Positions 10,440-23,185 of a DNA stretch of 35,122 nucleotides are shown one piece after another. The stretch covers positions 1-35,122 of the forward strand of contig NIVC01004780.1 of the NCBI GenBank assembly GCA_002269645.1, read 5' to 3'. A program made the position numbers and the translations under genes. Numbering within the stretch: the first letter of the stretch is position 1; each line of letters opens with the position of its first letter. A model generated the notes under the pieces. That model searched no databases, was not told the origin of the DNA, and saw only the letters and a list, made by a program, of their open reading frames with translations. Source of the stretch: Macrostomum lignano (lineage: Eukaryota).

Positions 10440-12750
10440 TTTACAACTTACAATCCTCAAACTTCACAGTCCCCACAATTCACAATCCCTAAACTTCAGA
10501 ACCTCCAAAGTTCACAACCCAAGCTTCACAATCCCCAAAATTCACAACCGCAAGCTTCACAACCATTGAAATTCACAACCTCCAAAATTCACAACCGCAA
10601 GCTTCACAACCATTGAAATTCACAACCTCCAAAATTCATAACCCAAAGCTTCACAACCCTCAAAATTCATAATCTCCAAAAATTTACAACATTCAAAATT
10701 CACAACCTCCAAAATTCACAACTCCAAGCTTCACAAACCCCCAAGCTTCACAAACCCCCAAGCTTCACAACCTCCAAAATTCACAACCTCCAAAATTCAC
10801 AACTCCAAGCTTCACAAACCCCCAAGCTTCACAACCTCCAAAATTCACAACCTCCAAAATTCACAACTCCAAGCTTCACAAACCCCCAAGCTTCACAACC
10901 TCCAAAATTCACAACTCTAAGCTTCACAAACCCCCAAGCTTCACAAACCCCCAAGCTTCACAACCTCCAAAATTCACAACCTCCAAAATTCACAACTCCA
11001 AGCTTCACAAACCCCCAAGCTTCACAACCTCCAAAATTCACAACTCTAAGCTTCACAAACCCCCAAGCTTCACAACCTCCAAAATTCACAACCCCAAGCT
11101 TCACAAACCCCCAAGCTTCACAAACCCTCAAGCTTCACAACCTCCAAAATTCACAACCCCAAGCTTCACAACTCCAAGCTTCACAAACCCCCAAGCTTCA
11201 CAACCTCCAAAATTCACAACCCCAAGCTTCACAAACCCTCAAGCTTCACAACCTCCAAAATTCACAACCCCAAGCTTCACAAACCCTCAAGCTTCACAAC
11301 CTCCAAAATTCACAACTCCAAGCTTCACAAACCCCCAAGCTTTCACAATCTCCGAAATTCACAACTCCAAGCTTCACAAACCCCCAAGCTTCACATTTTT
11401 TATTAGAAACAGGGGGGTTGTGTGCACCCTGGCGCACTTTAAGCGACATAGGCACACAACCGGCGAGAGGCATTACTGCCCATTCCGCCGACTCCCCTGA
11501 GCAGGCAGACAAGCGCGCGGATACGTACGCAGTCACACACTCACACAGGAGTGTACAGCGGCCCTAACTTTATATTATCGTTAGGCATGTACACTTCACT
11601 GCGCCTTGGGGGGTTGGCTCTCAAGGCCGTTAATTGCACGAGCAGAGCCAAGTCGAGATTCCAATTCAGCCCCAAATTAATGTGACTGCACTTGGAATCG
11701 AGCCTGGGTCGCTGGCACACCAGAGCAGCTGCGCTACCGCTGGGCTACGGCCCCCCCAAGCTTCACAACCTCCAAAATTCACAACTCCAAGCTTCACAAA
11801 CCCCCAAGCTTCACAACCTCCAAAATTTACAACTCCAAGCTTCACAAACCTCCAAGCTTCACAACCTCCAAAATTCACAACCCCAAGCTTCACAACCCCC
11901 AAGCTTCACAAACTCCAAAATTCACAAACTCCAAAATTAACAACCTCCAAAATTTACAACGCCAAGCTTCACAAACCCCCAAGCTTCACAACCTCCAAAA
12001 TTCACAACTCCAAGCTTCACAAACCCCCAAGCTTCACAACCTCCAAAATTCACAACTCCAAGCTTCACAGACCCCCAAGCTTCACAACCTCCAAAATTCA
12101 CAACTCCAAGCTTCACAAACCCCCAAGCTTCACAACCTCCAAAATTCACAACTCCAAGCTTCACAACCTCCAAGCTTCACAACTCCAAGCTTCACAAACC
12201 CCCAAGCTTCACAACCTCCAAAATTCACAACTCCAAGCTTCACAAACCCCCAAGCTTCACAACCTCCAAAATTCACAACTCCAAGCTTCACAACCTCCAA
12301 GCTTCACAACTCCAAGCTTCACAAACCCCCAAGCTTCACAACCTCCAAGCTTCACAACTCCAAGCTTCACAAACCCCCAAGCTTCACAACCTCCAAAATT
12401 CACAACTCCAAGCTTCACAAACCCCCAAGCTTCACAACCTCCAAAATTCACAACTCCAAGCTTCACAACCTCCAAGCTTCACAACTCCAAGCTTCACAAA
12501 CCCCCAAGCTTCACAACCTCCAAAATTCACAACTCCAAGCTTCACAAACCCCCAAGCTTCACAACCTCCAAAATTCACAACTCCAAGCTTCACAAACCCC
12601 CAAGCTTCACAACCTCTAAAATTCACAACCTCCAAAATTCACAACCCCAAGCTTCACAACCCCCAAGCTTCACAACCTCCAAAATTCACAACCCCAAGCT
12701 TCACAACCCCCAAGCTTCACAACCTCCAAAACTCACAACCCCAAGCTTCA
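10440..12750. repeat. Composite 15-17-bp satellite with a ~48-bp higher-order unit in PCYT2 intron 5, split by a SINE
   Basis: Alternating cacaacctccaaaatt, cacaactccaagctt and cacaaacccccaagctt. Degenerate left edge. Confidence 0.95.
11396..11755 (-). mobile_element. tRNA-derived SINE family A, intact-looking copy inserted in a satellite
   Basis: A box TAGCCCAGCGG (11747-11737), B box GGCTCGATTCC (11704-11694), 3' taataaaaaa tail. Flanked by ccaagcttcaca on both sides. Confidence 0.85.
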
Positions 12751-13241
12751 GATTCCGTAGTTTTATCCACAAACTTTTACAATCACCAACTGTTACCTCA
12801 AAATTGAAGGTTAGACAAAAAATCGGGGGCTGTAAAACTTGGAAGTTTATAAAGTGAAAAGTCTTGGAGGAATGTATAATTGGGGGTTTGTGAAAGTACC
12901 CAATAGACTCGATATAAAACAGTAAGACACTATAAAGAATTCTCGGATTATTAGTAGATCGAAAATATATCCTAATTGCTGACTTACTTAAACAGGCCAT
13001 TATTGAAGGTCAAAGGAAATAGAAAGTTACTAGCGAGAGTTGCTGTAGCAAATTAGGAGGCGATCAACGCACAAAAAAGCACAGCTAGGGTATCTGATTC
13101 TTCAGACTGAACCCTTGCACACTCAGATGTACGCGTTTCAATGTAACAAAGAATGAGTTATGCTTGCAAGAATACACTGAAACGATACAAGAACAACTGC
13201 AATTCTGCATGAAATTTGAGGAATCGAACCCCGGGACTCAC

Positions 13242-13308
13242 CTGTACTTTCCGGCCGCCTTCACCAAGTGATAGGTGTCGTGGCCATCAGCCGAAGTGGT
13301 GATATCGT
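13242..13308 (-). CDS. PCYT2: PCYT2 exon 5 (DDITTSADGHDTYHLVKAAGKYR)
   Basis: tag|AC and AG|gtgagt boundaries. Contains DIT...DG.DTY..VK.AG.Y. Confidence 0.96.
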
Positions 13309-13347
13309 CTAAAATGATTAACAATCCAAGTTTTGCTAACACAATCA

Positions 13348-13521
<174 letters not shown>

Positions 13522-13536
13522 TTAATAAGCCACTCA

Positions 13537-13710
<174 letters not shown>

Positions 13711-13768
13711 TTAAAAGTCTCGTTTGAAATAGAATATTTAGTAGAATATGGAAGATATGGAAACATAC

Positions 13769-13811
13769 CTGCCGAATGGCATTTGCATGGCCGAAGTGAA
13801 CCATGTCAAAA
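13769..13811 (-). CDS. PCYT2: PCYT2 exon 2 (FDMVHFGHANAIRQ), first HxGH motif
   Basis: tttttttcag acceptor and CAG|gtatgt donor. HFGH is the cytidylyltransferase motif. Confidence 0.96.
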
Positions 13812-13998
13812 CTGAAAAAAATAAGTGTTATACCAGAATGTACCTATGGCTTATGCTCAGCAAGATATTGAACACACAACTTGAAAATATTTTATAAGAA
13901 AGCATTATAGAAAAAATGGTCAAAAAATCAACTTCAAAAATAAAAACTTTTAAAATTAAAAAAGTTTGAAGATCAATTGCAAAAATCTCTTCTCTACA

Positions 13999-16019
13999 TC
14001 TCTACATATAAAAATCAAAACTCTGTGTGTGTGTGTGTGTGTGGACAATTTTGATCGCTATGGACTCCCAAACCACTCAACCAAATTACACCAAACTTTA
14101 CACCCACCCTAAACTCACTAAGGAAAATGTCTTAGGCTACCTTTTAATTTCCTAGACTCAAGTCTTCCTACCTAAAAGTACAAAAAACTGCTCAAAATGC
14201 GCGATTTTTTCACTAAATCCTCCATAGCGCCGCTCCACTTCTACCGATTCTCTTCAAATTTGACACAGAATTTTAACTATTTTGACACAATCATGTAAAA
14301 TTTCAAATCTCAAAGTTAATCCTGAAAGCCGCTGCTGCGTTTTAAAGTTAGGCTGTTTTTTTCAGCGAGCAACCACCCCAACCTCCGCCCGCCTGCCTCT
14401 CTTTCCCGATCTGGGCCCAGATGTGTAAAAGGGTTTCAAAATTGACTAACTTTCAGCTGCCATAAGTTTGCTCCAAGTAAAGCGATTGACTTCAAACTTG
14501 ACACAATTCTTCATTGACTTATTCTCTGTCTAAATGTAAAGTTTCAACTCTCTAACTCAATCAGAAAGAAACTGTAAACATGTAAGTTTGTCTGCTTTTT
14601 CTGTTGTTGTGCCACTCACTCACTCATTCCCCCAGAGCCAGACGAAGGGTCAGGCGATAGGGCTCAATGTACATAGCGAATGTACAGTGTTTTGGAATAA
14701 CTTTATTTAATAGCCTTCTCTGCACCCGCGAGTGGAGAGGCTACGTTTAGCCATAACAGTTTAGTGAGAAATTCTAACCACTGCCCTCCCCTCTGTATTG
14801 GCAAACTCTGCAGCAGTTTAACAGTGGATGGCAATTGGCAAATCGAGGCAATCCAGCATGGTTTGTAAAAGCGAAAGATTTATGAAAAGGCGATGCGATG
14901 CAATGACAACCCTACTAAATTAGGCACACCATGGAAATTTTAAGTTTCTCTTAAAGTAAACTTTGAAATTTAAATGTCCTAAGAAATGCTATTTCCTTGG
15001 TTGTTAGACTGATGCAGACTGCAGTGGAGCTGAAATACACAAATTCCTTTCAGGGCTGCAAATTGGCAAGAAAATGACGTGATCAAAGCATGAGAACAGC
15101 GATGAGAGTAGTACGTCCCACAAACTGGCTTTCGAAGCAGGAATGGCAGACTTTTACTTCAAAAGCCAGATAAAGAATCCAGCTTATGTGCGGGCCAGAT
15201 GAGAGTGGAAAGGAGAAGGAATAGACTATTAGAAGAGAGGAGGGCGAGAGGGGATGAGAAAACATGGAATATAAGAGGAGAGACAAGTGGTGAGGAGAGA
15301 GCAGAGAAGAAGGGAGGAAGAAGTGAGAGGAGGGGAGAAAGGAGGGAGAGGAAAGAGTAAAGGTGAGAAGAGGGGAGATATGAGACAGAGGATCGATGAG
15401 AGGAGAGTAGAGAAGAGTGAGAAGAGAGTAGAGATGAGAGAGCAGAAAGAAGATGACAGAGGGTCAAGAGGAGAGAGAGATTAGAGAGGAGAGAGTAGAA
15501 AGGATAGAAAAGAGAGGAGATAAGAGGGAGAGAAGGGGTGAGAAGAGAAGAGATAGAGATAAGATAGGGGTGTAAGAAGAGGGGAGAAAGGAGAGATGAG
15601 AGAGTAAAGGGAAGAGGAGGAAGAGGAAAGAGATGAGATTGTAGAGATGAGACAGATGAAAGGAGAGATGAGAGAGTAAAGATGAGAGATGAGGTGAGAG
15701 GAGAGTGCAGAGAGACGAGAGAAGATAATAGAGGAGAGAGAGTATAGAAGAGGGAAAGAAAAGAAGAGAGGAGTAAGGAAAGAGAGGAGTCAGAAGAGGT
15801 GAAGAGAAGAGTACAGAGGAGATAAGTGAGAGAACGTATAGAGAGTAAAGATGACAGATGAGAGAGCAGAGATGAAACAGACGAGAGATGGGAAGTAGAG
15901 AGAACAGAGGAGAGATAAGAGAGAAGAGATTACAGAGACTAGAGGAGAGAGGAGAGAGGGAGAGAGAAGAGGAAACAGGAGAATGAAGAGGGGAGAGAGT
16001 AGAGGAGAAGAGAGATGGG

Positions 16020-16104
<85 letters not shown>

Positions 16105-17001
16105 GAGCAGAGAGAAACGAGAAGAGATAAGAGAGAAAAGATAAAATAAGAGAAAGGAGAGATAAAAGCAGACAAGAGAGAAGAGAGGTGAGGGAAGAGA
16201 CGAGTGACGAGGGGAGAGAGAAGAGATAAAACAAGAAAAGAGATGAGAGAAAGAGAGAGAGGAAAGAGGTGAGAGAAGAGACGAGAGAAGAGGGGAGAGA
16301 GGAGAGAGAGAGGAAAGAGGAGAGAGGAGAGAGTTAAGAGAAGAGAGAAAAGAATAGAGAGGAGAAGGAAGACGAGAGAAGAGGAGAGAGGAGAGAGAGA
16401 GAAAGAGAAAACGAAAAAGTAGAGAGGAGAGAGGAGAGGAGAGAGAAAGAAAAGAAGAGATGAGATAAGAGATATGAAAGAGAAGAGAGATGAGGGAAGA
16501 TACGAAAGAAGATAGGAGAGAGGAGAGGAGAGAGAAAACGAAAGAGTAGAGAGGAGAGAGGAGAGGAGAGAGAAAACGAAAAGTAGAGAGGAGACAGGAG
16601 AGAGAGAGAAGAGAGAAGAGAGATAAGAGAGATGAAAGAGAAGAGAGATGAGGGAAGATATGAGAGAAGAGAGGAGAGAGAGAGAGGAGAGAGGAAACAG
16701 AAGAACGATAGAAATTTTAAAGGATCCAAGGGACATAGGGAGAGTCAGGGAGAGGCCAGATTTGCCAATACATGTTTTAGAGTCAGACAGACATTGCCTG
16801 ACATTCTGTGAGTAACCCAGCCAACAATATCAATGTTTGCTTCAAATCCTAATTTTACACTAATGTGTTCATTTTATGTCTACCTCTATCCTACTAACTA
16901 TTAATTTGTTTGTGTATGGCCTTAGATTTCAGAATACATGCAAAAGTAGTTCCGGGGATTGGAATTCCCCGGGTTCAAAATCCGCGGGTTTCAACAGCTT
17001 G
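13999..17001 (+). mobile_element. Non-autonomous Helitron-like element, copy 1 (~3.0 kb)
   Basis: 5' A|TCTCTACATATAAAAATC followed by a (tg)n run. 3' GC hairpin at 16952-16972, then CTTG. Homologous along its length to 17002-19994. Confidence 0.72.
15200..16755. repeat. GA-rich polypurine tract inside Helitron copy 1, with pure (GA)n near 16025-16100
   Basis: About 1.5 kb of almost only A and G on the plus strand. Confidence 0.95.
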
Positions 17002-19994
17002 TCTACATATAAAAATCAAAACTCTGTGTGTGTGTGTCTGTGGACAAATTCGTTCGCTATGGACTCCCAAACCACTCAACCAAATACCACCAATTTTTGC
17101 ACCCACCCTAAACTCACTACGGAAAATGTCTTAGGCTACCTTTAAATTTCCTAAATTTGAGTCTTCCTACCTAAAAGTACAAAAAACTGCTCAAAATGCG
17201 CGATTTTTTCACTAAATCCTCCATAGCGCCGCTCCACTTCTACCGATTCTCTTCAAATTTGACACAGATAATCTTTAACTATTTTGGCACAATCATGTAA
17301 AATTTCGAGTATCAAAGTTAATCCTGAGCGGTGCTGTGCGCTTTTAAAGTTAGGCTGTTTTTTTCAGCGTAGCAACCACCCCAACCTCCGCCCGCCTGCC
17401 TCTCTTACCCGATCTGGGCCCAGATGTGTAAAAGGGTTTCAAAATTGACTAACTTTCAGCTGCCATAAGTTTGCTCCACGTAAAGCGATTGACTCCCAAC
17501 TTGACACAATTCTTCATTGACTCATTCTCTATCTAAATGTAAAGTTTCAACTCTGTAACTCAACCGAAAAAGAAACTGTAAGCATGTGAAGTTTGTCTGC
17601 TTTTTCTTTTGTTTGTGCCACTCACTCACTCATTCCCCCAGAGCCAGACGAAGGGTCAGGCGATAGGGCTCAATGTACATAGCGAATGTACAGTGTTTTG
17701 GAATAACTTTTTAATAGCCTTCTCTGTACCCCCGCGAGTGGAGGCGTGGAGTCGGTGGAGAGGAGAGAGTTTAGCGAGAGATTCAAACCACTGTCGTCTG
17801 TATAGACACATCAGTTAAACAAGGATGGCAAATCAAGGCGATGTGGGATGGTTTGTAAAAATAGCAAAAAAATTAATGAATAACTGATTACAATGCAAAC
17901 TAAATTAGTTACACCATGCAAATTTTAACATTAAGATTCGCATAAGGTACTTTAAAATTTAAATGGCCTCCTAAGAAATGCGTATTTCCATGGTTGTTAG
18001 ACTGCTGCAGACTGTGGTGGTGGAGCTGGAGATACACAAATTCCTCTCAGGGCTGCTAATTGGCCAGAAAGATGACGTGATTAAAGCATGAGAAATGATA
18101 ACAACCATGAGAGTACTACGTCCCACAAACTGGCTTTCGAAGCAGGGATCGGCAGATTTTTATCTCAATGGCCAGATAAAGAATCCAGCTCATGGCTGCG
18201 GGCCAGATAAGAGTGAAAAGGAAAAGGAATAGACTATTAGAAAGGGAGGAGGGGCGAGAGGGGGATAAGAGAAAAGATAGAAGACAACAGGAGAGACGAG
18301 GGGGTTGAGGAGAGAGCAGAGAATATGGGACGAAGAAGCGAGAGGAGGGGAGAGAGAAGGGAGAGGAAATAGTAGAGGTGAGAAGATGGAGAGAGAAGGG
18401 GGAGATGAGACAGAGGATCGATGAGAGAGGAGAGTGGAGAAGAGTGAGAAGAGATGAGAGATGAGAGAACAGAGAGGCAGATGAGAGAGGATCGAGAAGA
18501 GAGATTAGAAAGGATAGAGAATAGAGGAGATAAGAGGGGGAGAGAGGAGTGAGAAGAGAAGGAGATAAGAGATGAGAGAGAGAGTTGAGAAAGAAGAGAG
18601 GAGAAAGGAGAGATGATAGAGTAAAGGGAAGAGGAGGAGAGAGGAAAGAGATGAGATTGTAGAGATGAAGGAAGAGAGAGCAGAGTGCAGAGAGACGAGA
18701 GAAAAGAATACGAGTAGAGGGGAGAGAGTATAGAAGAGGGAAGAGAAAAGAGAAGTAAGGAAAGAGAAGAGTCAGAAGAGGGGAAAGAGAAGAGTACACA
18801 GTAGAGAGGAGAGTAGAGATGACAGAAGAGAGAGGGGAATGAGAGAGCAAAGATGAGAGTAAACAGACGATATAAGAGAGGAGAGAGGAGAGTGGAGAGA
18901 GAAGAGAGAAGACAAGAGAGGGAGAGTATAGAAGAGAGAAGAGAAGAGACGAGAAGAAAGAAGAAAGGAAAGAGAGTCCTGAGTCAAAAAGGGGAAGAGA
19001 GGAGTACAAGGGGAGAGAGGTGAGAGAACATATGAGAGTAAAGATGACAGATGAGAGAGGGGAGATGAGAGAGCAGAAACGAGAAGTGAACAGACGAGAG
19101 ATGGGAGAGTAGAGAGAAAGAGGAGAGATAAGAAATAAGAGATGAGAGGTGGAGACAAGGGAGAGATGAGAAGTGAGTGAGGAGAGAGGAGGGGAAGGGG
19201 GAGAATCGAGATGACGGGAAATTGGTGAAAAGGGCGAGAAAGGAGAGGAAAGAGGGGAGAGATTAGAGAGAAGAGAGATAGGACAGGAGAGAGCAGAGAG
19301 AAGAGAGGAGAGAGAGAGAGGGGGGAGTCGAGAGAGAGCAGAGAGAAATGAGAAAAGATAAGAGAAAGAGAAGATAAAAAAAGAGAAATGAGAGATAAGA
19401 GAGCAAAGACGAGAGAGAAGGGAGGTGAGGTAAGAGACGATAGAAGGGATGAGAGGAGAGAGTGGACAGAGGAGAGGAGAGAGTTGAGAGAAGAGAGGAA
19501 AAAGGAGAGAGTAGAGATGAGGGGAGCGTTGAGAGAGGGTAGAGTAAGGAGTGAGAAGAGGGTAGAGGGAAGAGGGAAGAGAGAGTAGAGAGCAGAGAGA
19601 AATGAGAAGAGATAAAAGAGGAGAAAGGAGATATGAGACCAGAGACCAGAGAGAAGAGAGGAGAGGAGAGAGAAAATAATAGAGGGGAAAGGGAAGAGAT
19701 GAGAGAAGAGGGGAGAGAGGACAGAGGAGAGAAGAAAGAAGAAAGAGGAGAGAAGAGGACAAAGGCCAGAGTTTGCTTGAAATTCTTGATTTGCTTGAAG
19801 CACCCCAGCCAACAATATCAATGCTTGCTTCAAATCCTAATTTTATATGAATGTACACTCTATTTTATGTTTAACTCTATCCTAACTATTAGCAAGTTTT
19901 TGTTTGAGTTTGACCTCAGTTTTAGAATACATGCAAAAATAATTCCAGGGAATAAAGTTCCCTGGGTTCAAAATCTGCAGGTTTCAACAGCTTG
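17002..19994 (+). mobile_element. Non-autonomous Helitron-like element, copy 2, head-to-tail with copy 1
   Basis: Starts TCTACATATAAAAATC immediately after the CTTG of copy 1. Ends with hairpin 19945-19965 then CTTG|T. No TSD. Confidence 0.72.
18205..19765. repeat. GA-rich polypurine tract inside Helitron copy 2
   Basis: About 1.5 kb, homologous to 15200-16755. Confidence 0.95.
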
Positions 19995-20085
19995 TATAAT
20001 ATAAAAGGAAAACTCTTTAGCTTATATAACAATAATCTATAAATAGCCTTTAGATAACTTTTATTGCTATTTATCATTTTCACTA

Positions 20086-20446
20086 TATATATAGAGGCAA
20101 GGGGTTGTGTGCACATTGGCGCACTTTAAGTGACATAGGCACACAACTGGCAAGAGGCATTACTTGCCCATTCCACCGACTCCCCTGAGCAGGCATACAA
20201 GCGCGCAGATATGTACGCAGGCACACACTCACACAGGAGTGTACAGCGGCCCTAACTTAAATTTATCGTTAGGCATGTACACTTCACTGCACCTTGGGGG
20301 GCTGGCTCTCAAGACTAGTAATTACACGAGCAGAGCCAAGCCGAGATTTCAATTCAGCCCCAAATTAATGTGACTGCACTTGGAATCAAGCCAGCCTGGG
20401 TCACTGGCATACTGAGCCTATGCTAGACTGCTAGGCTATGGCCCCC
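20086..20446 (-). mobile_element. tRNA-derived SINE family A, second and more decayed copy
   Basis: Aligns end to end with 11396-11755. (TA)n tail. 13-bp TSD atcattttcacta at 20073-20085 and 20451-20463. Confidence 0.87.
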
Positions 20447-20942
20447 TATCATCATTTTCACTAATAAGTAGTTTAACTTAAGATCTAGGATTAATTTAAA
20501 ATTAACTTCAAAACCTCACTGAAGTAGCTTTCAACTAAATTCTACAAGTCTATTATGTAAGAAAAATATATAAAATGAGAATTGAGTGACATTATTGAAA
20601 TATAGGCCACAGTAACTTTTTCTTTGCCTTTGCTTTATAAGATATTTTGTAGGAGATATCAACTCCTACAAAATTTATGCATTGAATATGAAATTGAGCA
20701 ATAAAGATAATAAATTCTGGATAAATATTTGTCTATATATGCTACTACTAGATGTAGGTTATTGAAAATTCAGTACTTCTAGCAAATTCAGTATGAAAAT
20801 CTATGGAACTCTATGAAATCTATGAATCACGAAAATTAAAGTCAAACCGAGATTGAAACTTTAGCAAATAGCCCTAAATTATGAAAAATATAGCCTAGTT
20901 TAGTATAAACATAATCAACCAGGGAACCAGTGAGACCCTTAC

Positions 20943-21004
20943 CAACCGTCCACCCAGACTCGTATTTGTTTCTTCTTTTCGCTTGCTGAATTTTCAAATG
21001 CCAT
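20943..21004 (-). CDS. PCYT2: PCYT2 coding exon 1 (MAFENSASEKKKQIRVWVDGC)
   Basis: RVWxDGC motif. Donor TG|gtaagg. Phase matches exon 2 (TG+T = Cys). Confidence 0.92.
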
Positions 21005-21787
21005 TTTCCTACGGATAGAAGTTAAAGTTAAGTTAACAAAAACCAAAAAGTGAATTTAACTTTTACTGCTAGAGCCTATTTTTTTAATCTAAAGAGCTCT
21101 ACTCTACTCCCGGTCAATTTCGAAAATATAGTTAAAGTTGAAAAAGCGCCAAACTGACTCTTAGAACGCCACGATAATAAAAGCGTACTGCGTTTGGTAG
21201 GTAAATCACGATTGCAAATATCCCTCTCTCGTATAGTCTTCTCTCTACATGCACGATGCATGCGGCATGGCTGAGAGTATTGCCACAAAAATTACTTTTG
21301 GAATATGGGCTATGCCTGAACTTATATCTTTCTAGCAGCCGAAAAGTTTTGAGACAGGCAAATCCCGCAAACCTACAAAATCTGATTGGACTTTCCAATT
21401 GTGCCAAATTCATGTTGAAATATTAGTATCGCCCACAAATATCAAAATAAAAATCGCTTATAGGTTTTCTATAAGCGTTACTATTATATATATCTGTCAC
21501 TATACTGTAGCGCAGCATTTTGGATTTAAAAAGTGAATTTGAAAGCAAGCAATACATGGAGTAGTGCATACAGGTAACAACGGCGATAAGGGGAGTATCG
21601 CTTTTATAAATCAGATTGCACGTTGCAATGCCACTGGGTTAGTGAAGCTGGGTTAGTGAGCTACTGTTACTTTGGAAATCACTCCCGGGAATTCTTAGAA
21701 CTTTTAATTTAGCATTTCATTGCGACTCCACACGACAATCGTCACTGCTGTATACGCCATCCCGGATTTATGAGAAGAACAATGGTG

Positions 21788-23185
21788 CCCGCGCCCGGTG
21801 ACCGGACATTTCGTCAACCGGCATTTCGTAAACCGGCATTTTTTGCCCACAAAAAATTAACTTATTATGCTGTAAAATCAGTAGATAAAAATGTTTCTCA
21901 AGTTGAAAGAAGTAACTACGGGATTTCTTATTCCTTAAAAATATTTAAATTTTGTTTTAAATTAGACTTGTTTTAATTGTTTGCATTTCTTTTTTTGTGA
22001 TTTTGCGTGTGTGTGGCATTTTGTCGGCAAATTGTGTCGCTCGCTCAGAATAGTTGCGAGCGGCTCAGTTGATTCGATATCTAGCTGCTCGCACATAAAA
22101 TTAGCCCTTTTCAGACCCAGTGTTAATTTCGCTGATTTACCTATTACCAACATATTATGCTTGATATACCATTTGGTTTTCTTTTGGAAGATAATTGCCT
22201 TGGGCCTTGGCCCTTGGGGCTTGAAGTTTGTAGAATTTTAGGGCCTAGGCTACGTATCAGATGATTTAAGGCGTTCTTCTCAAAGTCAAATCATTTGTTA
22301 AACTATTTTTTCAATGTTTTTGCAACTTTCATTACCTGAGAAGCTGATTTTAGCATGTTTGGATACTCCCCAAGACCCCAAGCTATTATTAAAACAGTGC
22401 TAATTTTTAGGGCCTAGTTTAAATGTGTAATAAAAATGAATATTTGCTGTAACATAAGCTTTTATGATTATGTTTATTATGATTATGAATTATTATGAGT
22501 TTTTTCTAAGAAAGTCATTTCTTTTCAATAGCACAATAAGCCATTTAAAAATGGTTTTATTTACGAGCAAAGTAAAACCAAAAATACTAAAAGAAATAAT
22601 TAATTAATTCCTTAATCAGTCAATTATATTCAATTACTCAATTACACTATAAATATGAATAATATAAAAAACTTTCAACTTTCTCCAACTTTGTGCATTT
22701 GTTGCCACCTTCCTTGGTATGAGTGCACATAGGGTGACGCATTTGCATAGAATATTTGCATCAAAACATTTAACCTAATGGACATGCAGTCTAGTATTGC
22801 AAAAATTCAAAATTTGTTCATTTTTTTAAAAATAAGGCAATTAATAAAACAAGTCATTGATATAATAATAATTGTAAGCTATATACAAGATATGCAGCTA
22901 TATTAGCTATAGCCTATATACATATATCATTCATATAATGAAAATTTTAGTCACTTCGTCAACAAGCAAATGGGAAGGACCTAGGCATTGGTCACTTCAT
23001 CAACCACCAATAAAGTCGCCTCCCAACACTTTGGTCACTTTGTCAACCAAGTTGACGAAATGCCAATTGACAAAATGACCATTACCCACCTGGTCCACTT
23101 GGCTTAGAGACAAAATAGTCTATGACCAAATTGTTCTATGGGCAAAATGTCTATAGCCAAAAAGATTTATAGGCAAAACAACTAG
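21788..23185. mobile_element. Possible remnant(s) of a DNA transposon or foldback element with repeated GTCA(C/T)TTCGTCAAC subterminal motifs
   Basis: ggacatttcgtcaac at about 21794. Direct copies near 22950, 22992 and 23034, and inverted copies gttgacgaaatgcc and ttgacaaaatgacc at 23051-23081. No clear TSD. Confidence 0.35.

Noticed and set aside
11690-11755. tRNA gene (also 23720-23790)
   Set aside because: A and B boxes are present, but they continue into SINE bodies with tails and TSDs. There is no acceptor-stem pairing or nearby T-run terminator.
11634-12857. 407-aa mucin-like ORF
   Set aside because: It starts inside a SINE, runs through satellite, and is antisense within PCYT2 intron 5.
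15159-19858. Leu/Ser-rich and Arg/Glu-rich ORFs up to 580 aa
   Set aside because: These are low-complexity translations of GA/CT tracts.
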